Source of the DNA: Dehalococcoidia bacterium
GTDB taxonomy: Bacteria > Chloroflexota > Dehalococcoidia > Bin125
Direction: 5' to 3'
Length of the DNA: 64,000 bases
Assembly (NCBI GenBank): GCA_963662615.2
Contig: CAXXSR010000002.1
Span: 576,001 to 640,000, forward strand
A program made the translations under genes and the position numbers. Positions 31,312 through 40,293 of this stretch are shown one piece after another; within the stretch, counting starts at the first letter, position 1; the number at the start of each line of letters is the position of its first letter. Under the pieces are notes generated by a model that was given only the letters and a program-made list of their open reading frames with translations, was not told the origin of the DNA and made no database searches.

Positions 31312-31641
31312 CTACGGCCGCGGCGCCGGCAGCTGCCGGTCGCGCTGCTGTTGCAGCTCTTCCCGCAGGCTCTCGACTTCCGCCTGCAGCCCCTCGATTC
31401 GCTCCGTGAGGTTCAGGATCACGTCCACGCCCGCCAGATTCACCCGCAACTCCTCGACCAGCCGCCGAATCAGCCGCAGCCGCTCGACGTCCTCGTCTGA
31501 AAACATCCGCACTCCGCCGGGCGAACGCGCGGGGGCGATCAGCCCTTCCCGCTCGTAGGCCCGCAACGTTTGCGGATGCACGCTCATCATGCGGGCCACC
31601 ACGCTGATCACGTAAAGTGGCTCCTGACGGTCCCGTACCAC
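31312..31641 (-). CDS. hspR: MerR-family heat-shock repressor HspR
   Basis: Sequence YVISVVA...HPQTLRAYEREGL..P.RS.GG.R. Lies between dnaJ and clp. Confidence 0.9.
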   Translation of the reverse strand: MVRDRQEPLYVISVVARMMSVHPQTLRAYEREGLIAPARSPGGVRMFSDEDVERLRLIRRLVEELRVNLAGVDVILNLTERIEGLQAEVESLREELQQQRDRQLPAPRP

Positions 31642-31694
31642 GACTCCCTCTTTCTTGCCTGATGCTCGCTTCGCCCGCGTGCCTCGCGTCCCGA

Positions 31695-32744
31695 TCAGGC
31701 GCTGCGACGTTTCGACTCGGGCCCGTCTCCCCCGCCCTCAAGCTCCCGCAACTGCTCGAAGAGCCGGCGTTCGTCCGCGCTTAACTCCTCCGGGAGGAGC
31801 ACCTGGACCTTGGCGAAGAGGTCGCCGCGCTTGTCGCTCCCCATCACCGGCATGCCCTTGCCGGCCAGGCGGAAGACGCGCCCGTTCTGAGTCCGTTCCG
31901 GCACGCGCAGCAGTACCTGTCCCGTGACGGTTGGCACTTCCACCTCGCCGCCCAGCACCGCCGTGGTGAGCGGGATCGCCGCCTCCACGTGCAGCCCCTC
32001 CCCCCGACGCTCAAAGCGCGGGTCCTCCGCCACCGTGACGATCAGGACCACATCGCCGGCGGGACCGCCGTTCCTGCCCGGCGCGCCCTTGCCGCGCAAG
32101 CGGATGTTGGTGCCGCTCTCCACGCCCGCGGGAATCTTCACTTCCAGCCGCCGGCCCGCGGCGCGACGGCCCGCGCCCTGGCAGACGTGGCAGGTGGCGC
32201 TGCCAATGCGTCCGCTGCCGCTGCAACTGGGGCAGCCCTCCTGGGACTGCAGCTGTACCGTGCGCGTGGCGCTCTGGAACGCTTCCGTCAAGGAGACGGT
32301 GATCTGCCGGCGGATGTCCTGCCCGCGTTGGGGCACGGCGCGGGCGCGGGGACCGCTGCTGCGGAAGAAGCGGTCGAACATCTGGCCGAAGCCGCCGCCC
32401 CCCAGGTCATCGAAGACGCCGGCCTCGCCCAAGGGGACGCCCTCGCCGCCGATGTCGAATCGGACGCCGCCGGCCCCGGGAAAGACCCCGTCCCGCTGCA
32501 TCTTTTCCAACTGCTCCGCGTGCATCCACCGCTCGCCCCACTTGTCGAAGGCCGCGCGCTTCTTCTCGTCCGAGAGGACCTCGTAGGCTTCGTTGATCGC
32601 CTTGAACTTCTCCTCTGCGGCTTTGTCTCCGCCCGTGACGTCGGGGTGGTACTTGCGCGCCAGCCGCCGGTAGGCCGACTGGATCTCCTTGCCGGCCGCG
32701 CCGCGCTTGACGCCCAGGATCGAGTAAAAGTCGGGAGTCGCCAT
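31695..32744 (-). CDS. dnaJ: DnaJ-class co-chaperone with only two CxxCxGxG motifs
   Basis: J domain with HPD motif, CPSCSGSG and CHVCQGAG, and a DnaJ C-terminal domain. Confidence 0.9.
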   Translation of the reverse strand: MATPDFYSILGVKRGAAGKEIQSAYRRLARKYHPDVTGGDKAAEEKFKAINEAYEVLSDEKKRAAFDKWGERWMHAEQLEKMQRDGVFPGAGGVRFDIGGEGVPLGEAGVFDDLGGGGFGQMFDRFFRSSGPRARAVPQRGQDIRRQITVSLTEAFQSATRTVQLQSQEGCPSCSGSGRIGSATCHVCQGAGRRAAGRRLEVKIPAGVESGTNIRLRGKGAPGRNGGPAGDVVLIVTVAEDPRFERRGEGLHVEAAIPLTTAVLGGEVEVPTVTGQVLLRVPERTQNGRVFRLAGKGMPVMGSDKRGDLFAKVQVLLPEELSADERRLFEQLRELEGGGDGPESKRRSA

Positions 32745-32813
32745 GTCTGTGCCCTGCCACCAGTATACTGACTCCGCCGAGAATAGGAAAGATGATGGCA
32801 TCGTCATCTGATA

Positions 32814-32868
32814 GTTGACCGTGATACACTCACCTATATTGACTTATTCTACTCAATCTCACTATATT
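32814..32868. promoter_or_regulatory. two HAIR-like HspR operators overlapping the sigma70 promoter of hsp20 and divergent dnaJ
   Basis: GTTGACC-N7-ACTCACC (32814-34) and ATTGACT-N6-ACTCAAT (32838-57) versus HAIR CTTGAGT-N7-ACTCAAG. Promoter TTGACT-18-TATATT. Confidence 0.7.
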
Positions 32869-32937
32869 CGAAGCACTGACTCACGAGGCGGCCGTAGCGC
32901 CGCCCCCACGCATTCCTCGAAAGGAAGAGCTTCCAGA

Positions 32938-33447
32938 ATGTCGCAAATGATCATTCGAGATCCGTTCGCCGAGTTCCGCCCGCTCATGAGATTCGCGACC
33001 GCCGACCCCTTCGTGACGCCGTGGCCCATTGGCGTCCGACGTTATTTCTCGCAGGCGCGCAATGGCGCCGGGCACACGGCGTCCCTGCAGCTCGACGTCT
33101 ACAAAAACGACGACGGGCTCACGGTGGAGGCGCCCCTTCCCGGCTTCAGCGCCAATGAGGTCACGGTCACGCTGGACAAGGGCCGGCTCGCCATCCGCGC
33201 CGAGCGAGCCGTCGAGACCAACGCCGGCAAAGACGACGCCGGGCTCGAAAGCTCGGACGGTGACGCCAACGCACCCGCCTACGTCCTCCGAGAGCGACGG
33301 ACCGGCGCTCTCGTCCGCGCCCTGGACATCGGCGACAGCTACGATGCGGCGTCGGTCCAGGGCGCCCTCAAGGACGGCTTGCTGACCTTGACCATCAAGA
33401 AGCGGCCGGAGGCGCAGCCCAAGCGGATCGAGATCCAGAGCGCATAG
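32938..33447 (+). CDS. Hsp20/alpha-crystallin small heat-shock protein
   Basis: Motifs LDVY...VEAPLPG, ERRTG and ALKDGLLTLTI..PKRIEI. Confidence 0.92.
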   Translation: MSQMIIRDPFAEFRPLMRFATADPFVTPWPIGVRRYFSQARNGAGHTASLQLDVYKNDDGLTVEAPLPGFSANEVTVTLDKGRLAIRAERAVETNAGKDDAGLESSDGDANAPAYVLRERRTGALVRALDIGDSYDAASVQGALKDGLLTLTIKKRPEAQPKRIEIQSA

Positions 33448-33500
33448 CTCCCGCGGCCGGCGCTGCCAGCGCCGGCCGCCCCAGACGCGCTCTCGAGCGC

Positions 33501-33542
33501 AGCAACGCAGGCCCCCGCTTCGGCGGGGGGCTGCGTTGTTTT
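33501..33542 (+). terminator. intrinsic terminator after hsp20
   Basis: GCAACGCAG..CCCCGC-TTCG-GCGGGG..CTGCGTTGT followed by a T run. Confidence 0.8.
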
Positions 33543-33647
33543 CGATAGAGCAAGTTATTCTCGATAGAGCATGTGCTCGACAGAGTGCGGTCACGCAATT
33601 GAGGGGCGCGGCTTGACGCGCCTCGCGTCCGTGAGGAGGCTGACGCC

Positions 33648-34211
33648 ATGGTGGTGCGGATGGTGGCTCTGCTGGTCGACGAGGCGGCTCGCCGCGACAT
33701 CGATCTAGTGCGGGCCCTTTACGATCGCGAGGCCGTTGAGACCACGCCTCCGCACCTCCCTCTCGTCCCCGCCTTTGAGGAACGGATTGCCACCGGCGAC
33801 CTGGCCGATCAGGTTGGTCTGATCGCCGCCGTCTACCAGCCCTTCGTGCTGACCCTGACGCGGCCCCAGCGCTTCTTCGACGGTGAAGAGCACCTGTTGC
33901 AACTGGTGACGGCCAAGGGCGCCGACGAAGCGCAGCGCCTCGCCGCCGCGCTCTATCGCGACGTCTTTCCCCATCACCAGCCCTCCGACCCCGCCGCGAG
34001 CCTTCTGCGGCGCTCCGCTCTCACCCTCGGCCGCTTCCGGACTGAACAAGAAGCTGAGAAGGCGGTGGAGCAATTAGGGGACAAGTCCTACTTCCTGGTG
34101 ATGAGCCAAGTCGCCATCCTGGAAGAGGAGAAGCGAGAGGGGCGGTCGCGGGCCGGCTGGAGCGTCCAGCGCACGCTGCCGCTCGGAGCGATGGCCGGAG
34201 CCAGCCTGTAG
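33648..34211 (+). CDS. 2'-5' RNA ligase-like (2H phosphoesterase fold) protein, second His motif degenerate
   Basis: GAGGAGG SD, and PPHLPLV plus SALTLGRF motifs. Confidence 0.65.
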   Translation: MVVRMVALLVDEAARRDIDLVRALYDREAVETTPPHLPLVPAFEERIATGDLADQVGLIAAVYQPFVLTLTRPQRFFDGEEHLLQLVTAKGADEAQRLAAALYRDVFPHHQPSDPAASLLRRSALTLGRFRTEQEAEKAVEQLGDKSYFLVMSQVAILEEEKREGRSRAGWSVQRTLPLGAMAGASL

Positions 34212-34317
34212 TCGGGGCTGGCCCCTAACCGACGCTCCCGCCGCGCCTCTACGCCGCCGCGATGGGGCGGCGTAGAGGCGCGGCGTGGAGGGACGCTGCT
34301 CTCGGGGAAGCGAGCGC

Positions 34318-35289
34318 GTGGCTGAGATTCAGGAGCACGGCCGCCAAGAGGGCGACATCTTCACCGCCATCGGCGCAACGCCGCTGGTGGAGTTGACGCG
34401 GCTGCCGCGACCGCAGGGCATGCGCCTCTTCGCCAAGCTCGAAGGCGACAATCCCACCGGCAGCATCAAGGATCGCATCGTCTACCACATGCTCGCGCAC
34501 GCCCGCGCCGAGGGGCGCCTCGCGCCCGGCCAGACGATCATCGAAGCCTCCACCGGCAACACCGGCATCGCTTTGGCCATGATGGCCCGTCGCTACGGCC
34601 ACCCCGTCGAAGTGGTTCTGCTGCGCAACAGCTACCCGCCGATCACGCGCCTGCTGGCGATGTACGGCGCCACGCTGACCTGGGCTCCCGCCGAGGCCGG
34701 CGTCGCCGGCGCCATTGCCGCCGCCGCCGAAAAGGCCAGGGCCGACGGCGCCTACTTCCTGGACCAGTTCCATGACCCCGTCAACTGCGACACGCATTAC
34801 CAGACCACCGGTCCCGAGATCTGGCGGCAACTGCCGGAGGTGGACGTCTTCGTCGCCGGAATCGGCACCGGTGGCACCCTCTCCGGCGCCGGACGCTACC
34901 TCAAGGAGCGCAGGCCCGATCTCACGATCGTCGCAGCGGAAGCGCATCCCGCCAGCCAGGTGCAGGGGCTGGCCAGCTTTTCAGAAGGGTTCCTGCCGCC
35001 TCTTCTTGACTTCGCCCTGATGGACGCCAAGATCCTCGTGCGCAGCGTCGACGCGTTTCGCGCCGCGCGCGAACTGGTCGCCACCGAAGGCATCTTCGCC
35101 GGCGTCTCCAGTGGGGCGGTGCTGCACGCGGCCCGCACGTACGGCGAGCGAGCGCCGGCATCGGAGCCCGGCCGCCCCACGCACGTGGTCTGCATCTTCG
35201 CCGACGCCGGCTGGAAGTACCTGGACAGCCATCTCTGGACGCAGGATCCGGCTCCCCACGAGGACTTGGAAGGAACGCTGTGGTGGTGA
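34318..35289 (+). CDS. cysM: PLP-dependent cysteine synthase, CysM-like
   Basis: Motifs KLEGDNPTGSIKDR, STGNTG, GIGTGGT and ADAGWKYL. C-terminus LEGTLWW. Confidence 0.85.
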   Translation: MAEIQEHGRQEGDIFTAIGATPLVELTRLPRPQGMRLFAKLEGDNPTGSIKDRIVYHMLAHARAEGRLAPGQTIIEASTGNTGIALAMMARRYGHPVEVVLLRNSYPPITRLLAMYGATLTWAPAEAGVAGAIAAAAEKARADGAYFLDQFHDPVNCDTHYQTTGPEIWRQLPEVDVFVAGIGTGGTLSGAGRYLKERRPDLTIVAAEAHPASQVQGLASFSEGFLPPLLDFALMDAKILVRSVDAFRAARELVATEGIFAGVSSGAVLHAARTYGERAPASEPGRPTHVVCIFADAGWKYLDSHLWTQDPAPHEDLEGTLWW

Positions 35290-36464
35290 CGCGACTTCGT
35301 TCCGCCCTGGCTCTTGCCGTCGCTCTGCCCTTCCTTCTTGCCGCCTGCGACGGCGGCTCCCCGCCGCCGCCGGCCCCTGCCTTCGACGCCTCCGTCCTGG
35401 AGAGCGACTCCGTGCAGATCGGCGGCGCCTCGCTGCGTGAGAAGCGCGGCCTCTTTGGCCCAGACTTGAACTTCGTCGTCCGTCTCCCCGCGCAGTGGGA
35501 CGGCCGCCTCCTGGTGGCCTTTCCTGGCTCTGCCGCGGACGCTGCCGCTGGCCCCGCCGCGAGCGCCCCGGCCGGCGCCTTCAACCTCGACGCCTTCAAC
35601 CTCGACGCCTTCGCCGACGAGCGCGTTCGCGCCGGGACCGCCTACGCCTCCCTCGAGACCCCTGACGGCGCCGACGTCGCCTCCGTCTCCCTGGCGTTCG
35701 TGGCCTTCGCGCGTGACCAAGTCGTCGCCGAGTATGGCCGCCAAGCGGAGCGCACCTACCTCGTGGGCGTCTCGCTCGGTGGCGGCGGCGTGCAGCGGAT
35801 GATCGAGGGCGACGAGCCGCTCGTGGACGGAGCGCTGCTGGTCTCTCCTTGGGGTCGCGCCGACGTCCTGCGCGATTACCCGACACTGCTGCGCACTGTC
35901 GCTCTGCTTGAACCTGCCTTCCCGCAGCTCAAGGCCGGCAGCCTTGCCCGAGTCCGCGCCGACGAGCTGGCCCTGGTGCAGGCGCTCTTCGCCGACGGGC
36001 TGCCGGTGGGCAGCGAACCATCCTGGCCCGCGCAGGTGGCCGTCTGGAGCGACGCCTTGCAAGCAAGCCTGGCAATGCTCGATCCCTCCTATGCGGCCGC
36101 CAATGCCGCGCTGGACCAGTACGACCTCGGCGCCCGGCCGGCAGCGGTGCAAGCGGCCGTCCATCAGGCTCTGCCCCCCGGCCGGCTGACCGCCCGTACC
36201 ATCGTCTTGCAAGGCGGCTGGGATCTGCTCGCGCTGCCAAGCTGGTCGCAGCGATACGCGGAGCGAGCCGCGGAGGAAGATCGCGCCCTCGGCCTGGTCC
36301 GTTACGTCTTCCCCCAGGCGAACCATGCTCTCCTCGCCGACGGCGAGGCCGGCAACTTCCGTCAGGCGCGACTGCAGCGCGCCTGGGAGGTACTTCTTGG
36401 CTGGGTGGAGGACCGCGTCTCCCCCGGGAGCATCCTTGGCCTGGCGCCGGACGGCGCCGCCTGA
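35280..36464 (+). CDS. lipoprotein, alpha/beta-hydrolase fold
   Basis: Lipobox LAAC, nucleophile elbow GVSLGG, candidate Asp (GGWD) and His (ANH). Confidence 0.7.
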   Translation: MVVTRLRSALALAVALPFLLAACDGGSPPPPAPAFDASVLESDSVQIGGASLREKRGLFGPDLNFVVRLPAQWDGRLLVAFPGSAADAAAGPAASAPAGAFNLDAFNLDAFADERVRAGTAYASLETPDGADVASVSLAFVAFARDQVVAEYGRQAERTYLVGVSLGGGGVQRMIEGDEPLVDGALLVSPWGRADVLRDYPTLLRTVALLEPAFPQLKAGSLARVRADELALVQALFADGLPVGSEPSWPAQVAVWSDALQASLAMLDPSYAAANAALDQYDLGARPAAVQAAVHQALPPGRLTARTIVLQGGWDLLALPSWSQRYAERAAEEDRALGLVRYVFPQANHALLADGEAGNFRQARLQRAWEVLLGWVEDRVSPGSILGLAPDGAA

Positions 36465-36539
36465 CACACAGCGCCGGACGGCGCCGCCTGACACACAGCG
36501 CCGGACGGCGCCGCCTGACACACAGCGCCGGACGGCGCC
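36444..36539. repeat. 27-bp tandem repeat x3.5 containing the upstream gene's stop codon
   Basis: GCGCCGGACGGCGCCGCCTGACACACA at 36444, 36471, 36498 and 36525 (partial). Confidence 0.92.
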
Positions 36540-36596
36540 CCCACACGCTAAGATCGCCGCGGATTGAAGCGACCGCGGCATTCGTGGGGACGGCCC

Positions 36597-37334
36597 ATGC
36601 CGGTAGTGACGATCTCCAGCCAATTCGGCGCCGGCGCCCGCCACGTGGGCCGTCGCATCGCCGACCGCCTCCAGCTCCAGTACGTGGATCAGGCCGTGCT
36701 CGTGGATGCGGCCCGCCAGCTCGGCGTCAGCCTCACCAGCGTCGCCCGCCACGACGAGCGCACCGATTCATTCCGCGAGCGCCTCGGCCATTTCCTGCAG
36801 CGCGCGCTGGAGCGCTCCGCCACGGGCGGCAGCGTCGATCCGCTCATCGGCGCCGGCCACCTGGAGCTGCTCCTCGCCCAGAGCTTCCAGGAGGTCACGG
36901 AAGGGGCCACGCCGTCCCTGATCGACGATCGCGCCTACCTCGAAACCATCACGCACATCATCACCGATCTCGGCGCCCGCGGTGACGTCGTCATCATCGG
37001 ACGCGGCGGCCAGATGATCCTCCGCGATCATCCCCATACCGCCCACGTCCAGCTCGTCGCGGATGAGGACCTCCGCCTGCAACGGTTCAAGCAGTGGGAA
37101 GGGCTAGCCGATGATGACGTGGCCCGCCGGCGCATGCGCGACTTCAATCGCAGTCGCACCGCCTTCCACAAGAAGTTCTGGAAGGTCGACGTCTGGGATC
37201 CCCGGCTTTACGACCTGGTCATCAACACGACGCGTTTGACCTTTGACGAAGCGGTCGAGATCGCCGTGCCGGCCGTGAAGGCCGCGACCGCCAGCGACCG
37301 CACTGCCCCCACCTCCCCCACCGCCGAGGCCTGA
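36597..37334 (+). CDS. cytidylate kinase-like family protein
   Basis: Motifs VVTISSQFGAG, VVIIGRGG and YDLVINT. Confidence 0.88.
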   Translation: MPVVTISSQFGAGARHVGRRIADRLQLQYVDQAVLVDAARQLGVSLTSVARHDERTDSFRERLGHFLQRALERSATGGSVDPLIGAGHLELLLAQSFQEVTEGATPSLIDDRAYLETITHIITDLGARGDVVIIGRGGQMILRDHPHTAHVQLVADEDLRLQRFKQWEGLADDDVARRRMRDFNRSRTAFHKKFWKVDVWDPRLYDLVINTTRLTFDEAVEIAVPAVKAATASDRTAPTSPTAEA

Positions 37335-37350
37335 TCTGTTCGGGAGACCG

Positions 37351-37635
37351 CTACCCGGCCGCGCCCAGCAATGCTCGCAGTAGCTCCACCCCGCGCTCAA
37401 CGCGCACCAGCATGCCGTGCTCCCCAGTCACCTGCATCCCCTCCGACTCCGTGGCGGTGAACGGCCCCACGGCCGCCCGGAAGTCCTGGCGCGCCCGGCT
37501 CTCGGATCCCGTCAGGTCGGCCACGAGCTCGTCCGTCTCGTCGCGCCAACGCAGGTACTCGTCGGTGGCCGGACCCATGCCGCGCAGGCGCACGCCTCGG
37601 GCGATGCAGAGCCGGATCGATTCTTCGCGGTCCAT
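37351..37635 (-). CDS. hypothetical protein (94 aa)
   Basis: Fills the gap with typical codon bias. Confidence 0.6.
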   Translation of the reverse strand: MDREESIRLCIARGVRLRGMGPATDEYLRWRDETDELVADLTGSESRARQDFRAAVGPFTATESEGMQVTGEHGMLVRVERGVELLRALLGAAG

Positions 37636-37711
37636 CGCCGTAGGAGTATGGGAGGCCGCCCCTCCCCCCGCAAGCGCGCGCCCGTGCCTCCCCCCGCGGC
37701 TCTTCCCTCGA

Positions 37712-37773
37712 CCTCAGCCCACAGCGCCTTCAGCCGAGCGCGCCCTCAGCCCACAGCGCCCTCAGCCCACAGC
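37712..37773. repeat. 16-bp tandem repeat x4 spanning the rimI stop codon
   Basis: CCTCAGCCCACAGCGC units. Confidence 0.8.
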
Positions 37774-38316
37774 AACCGTTACCGACAGACCGTGCCGACT
37801 CCGGTGCTGGGCGCGCAGGCGCTCAACGCTCGCACGGTAGTCCGGCCCTGAGATGTCGTGCGCGGTGAGGATGATCGCGTCCTCGTTCGTGTCGCGGTAG
37901 TACCGCCGCCGCCGCCCTACCTGGCGGAACTGGTACTTGCGGTAGAGCGCTTGGGCTGCGGCGTTCGACTCCCGGCATTCCAGCGTGACGCTGTCGGCGC
38001 CCGTCTCGTAGCCCACGTCCAGCGCGTGCTGGACCAGCGCCTCTCCCAGCCCCCCGCGCTGGTCCTCCGGATCGACCGCCACCGTGACGATGTGCAATTC
38101 GCCGGGCAGGACCCAGCAGCCCAAATAGGCGGCCAGGGGGCGCCCTCCCCCGGGATCCAGGACGAAGTAGCGGGCCACCCGGTTGGTCTGCAGCTCGCGC
38201 ACGAACGCGCGCTCCGGCCACGCGCCCTGGCCAAAGGCGCGCTTGTCAATCTCCCCCACCCGCGCCACGTCAATGGCGGTCATGGGGCGGATGGCAATGC
38301 CCCTGCCCGCGCTCAT
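37762..38316 (-). CDS. rimI: ribosomal-protein-alanine N-acetyltransferase
   Basis: Motifs ELHIVTVAV, LECRESN..AQALY and GRRRRYY..NEDA. Confidence 0.9.
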   Translation of the reverse strand: MSAGRGIAIRPMTAIDVARVGEIDKRAFGQGAWPERAFVRELQTNRVARYFVLDPGGGRPLAAYLGCWVLPGELHIVTVAVDPEDQRGGLGEALVQHALDVGYETGADSVTLECRESNAAAQALYRKYQFRQVGRRRRYYRDTNEDAIILTAHDISGPDYRASVERLRAQHRSRHGLSVTVAVG

Positions 38317-38436
38317 CTCCCTCCGCTCCCCCTCCGGATTCCCTGCGGCCTAAGCCCCGTCAGTGTACCCACGAGCACGGTGTCGCCGTTGTCGGCCCCG
38401 TATACTCCTGACACACGAATACATAGCGCGGGCGGA

Positions 38437-40293
38437 ATTGCCGTTCCTACCAGTCACCATGCCCAGGGGGGCGCTGAGACGCATCCCGGCCTGGGCCATT
38501 CACTCAAGGTCGTCTGGCGACTCCTCCGCTTTGCTAGGCCGTACTGGCGAGGGCTGGCGGTCACGCTGATCGCCCTGCTGGCGACCGGCGCCTTCGCCAT
38601 CGCCGCGCCCCTCCTGCTGCAATGGGCTATCGACACCGGCCTCGGCTTCGAGGTCGATGGCAGCCGCATCAGCGTCAACGTGGACGAGACGCTGCTGGTC
38701 GTGGCGGGGCTGGCCCTGATCGGTGCCGCCCTCTTTCGCGGCCTCTTCCAGTTCCTGCAGGCCTATCTCGCCGAGTGGGTCGCCCAGGCCGTCGCCTACG
38801 ACATCCGCAACCAAATCTACGCGCGGCTTCAGACCCTCTCCTTCTCCTATCACGACGAAGCCGAGACCGGCCAGTTGATGGTGCGCGCCACGCAGGACGT
38901 GGAGGTTGTGCGCATGTTCCTCAACTTCGGCGGTGTCCGCTTGCTCTTCACCCTCAGCCTGATCATCGCGGTCTTGATCCTCACCCTGTTGACCAGCTGG
39001 CAGGTGGCGCTGGTGGTCTGGGCCTTCATGGCGCTGATCGGCGCCCGTTCGTTCTGGATCTCTCGGCAGTTGCGCCTCGTCTGGACCGATATTCAGGAGG
39101 GCCAGGCCCGCCTCGGCACCATCCTCCAGGAGGCGCTCAGCGGCATTCGCGTGGTCAAGGCCTTCGGGCGCGAAGCGGGGGAGAGCGGCAAGTTCCGCAC
39201 GGCGGCGGGCTGGCTGCAGGAGCGCTCCTACCGGGCCAGCTTTATCCAGGCGGTCAACACCCCTCTGATGACGGGGCTCTGGACGGCCGCGCTCATCGCC
39301 ACCGTTTGGATCGGCGGCATCCAGGTCGCCCAGGGCGACATGACCGCCGGGGAGCTGGCCAAGTTCCTCTTCTTCATCACCCTTTTGCAGATGCCCGTCC
39401 GCAGTCTGGGCTGGATGGTCACCATGGTCCCCCGCGCGGCGACCGCCGGCGAGCGCATCTTCGAGATCCTGGACCAGGAGTCGGAGGTGCAGGAGCGCCC
39501 TGGCGCCCACGACCCCACCAGCTCGCGCGGCCACATTCGTTTCGAGCGCGTCTCCTTCGCCTACGACGGGCGCGCGCCCGTGCTGGACGCCGTCGATTTC
39601 GATGCGCAGCCCGGACAGGTAGTGGCGTTGCTCGGCCCCACCGGTTCGGGCAAGAGCACCCTGGTCAATCTCATCGCGCGTTTTTACGACGTCAGCGCCG
39701 GCCGCGTCCTCCTGGACGGCGAGGACATTCGCGACCTGACGTTGGAGGGGCTGCGTCGCCAGGTCGCCGTCGTCCAGCAGGACGTCTTTCTCTTCTCGGC
39801 CACGCTGCGCGACAACATCGCCTATGGCCGGCCGGACGCGACCGCCGAGGAAGTGGAAGCGGCGGCCCAGCTGGCCCGCATTCACGATTACATCGTCGCG
39901 CAGCCGGACGGCTACGACAGTTGGGTGGGCGAGCGCGGCATGACGCTCTCGGGTGGGCAGAAGCAACGCGTCGCCATTGCCCGGGCCCTGTTGAAAGACC
40001 CCCGCGTCCTGATCCTGGACGACTCCACCTCCAGCGTCGACACGCGCACTGAGTACGAGATCCAGCAGGCCCTGGCCGCGCTCATGGCCGGCCGCACGAC
40101 CTTCATCATCGCGCATCGCTTGCGCAGCCTCCGCGACGCCGACCTCATCCTCGTTCTCCAGGACGGGCGTATCGTCCAGCGTGGCCGCCACAGCGATCTA
40201 CTCGCCCAAGGAGGTCTCTACCGCCGCGTCTATGACCTGGGCCTGGGCGAGCAAGAGCGGGCCTACAGCCAGATCGCCGGAGGGTCCGCCTGA
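38437..40293 (+). CDS. ABC exporter, fused permease/ATPase (heterodimer subunit 1); start uncertain
   Basis: TMD plus GPTGSGKS, LSGGQKQR and degenerate ILDDS. Start could be ATT 38437 or GTG 38380. Confidence 0.92.
   Translation: MAVPTSHHAQGGAETHPGLGHSLKVVWRLLRFARPYWRGLAVTLIALLATGAFAIAAPLLLQWAIDTGLGFEVDGSRISVNVDETLLVVAGLALIGAALFRGLFQFLQAYLAEWVAQAVAYDIRNQIYARLQTLSFSYHDEAETGQLMVRATQDVEVVRMFLNFGGVRLLFTLSLIIAVLILTLLTSWQVALVVWAFMALIGARSFWISRQLRLVWTDIQEGQARLGTILQEALSGIRVVKAFGREAGESGKFRTAAGWLQERSYRASFIQAVNTPLMTGLWTAALIATVWIGGIQVAQGDMTAGELAKFLFFITLLQMPVRSLGWMVTMVPRAATAGERIFEILDQESEVQERPGAHDPTSSRGHIRFERVSFAYDGRAPVLDAVDFDAQPGQVVALLGPTGSGKSTLVNLIARFYDVSAGRVLLDGEDIRDLTLEGLRRQVAVVQQDVFLFSATLRDNIAYGRPDATAEEVEAAAQLARIHDYIVAQPDGYDSWVGERGMTLSGGQKQRVAIARALLKDPRVLILDDSTSSVDTRTEYEIQQALAALMAGRTTFIIAHRLRSLRDADLILVLQDGRIVQRGRHSDLLAQGGLYRRVYDLGLGEQERAYSQIAGGSA

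Noticed and set aside
36444-36539. CRISPR-like appearance of the 27-bp repeats (also 48906 and 50228)
   Set aside because: The repeats are directly tandem without unique spacers, and no cas genes are present.
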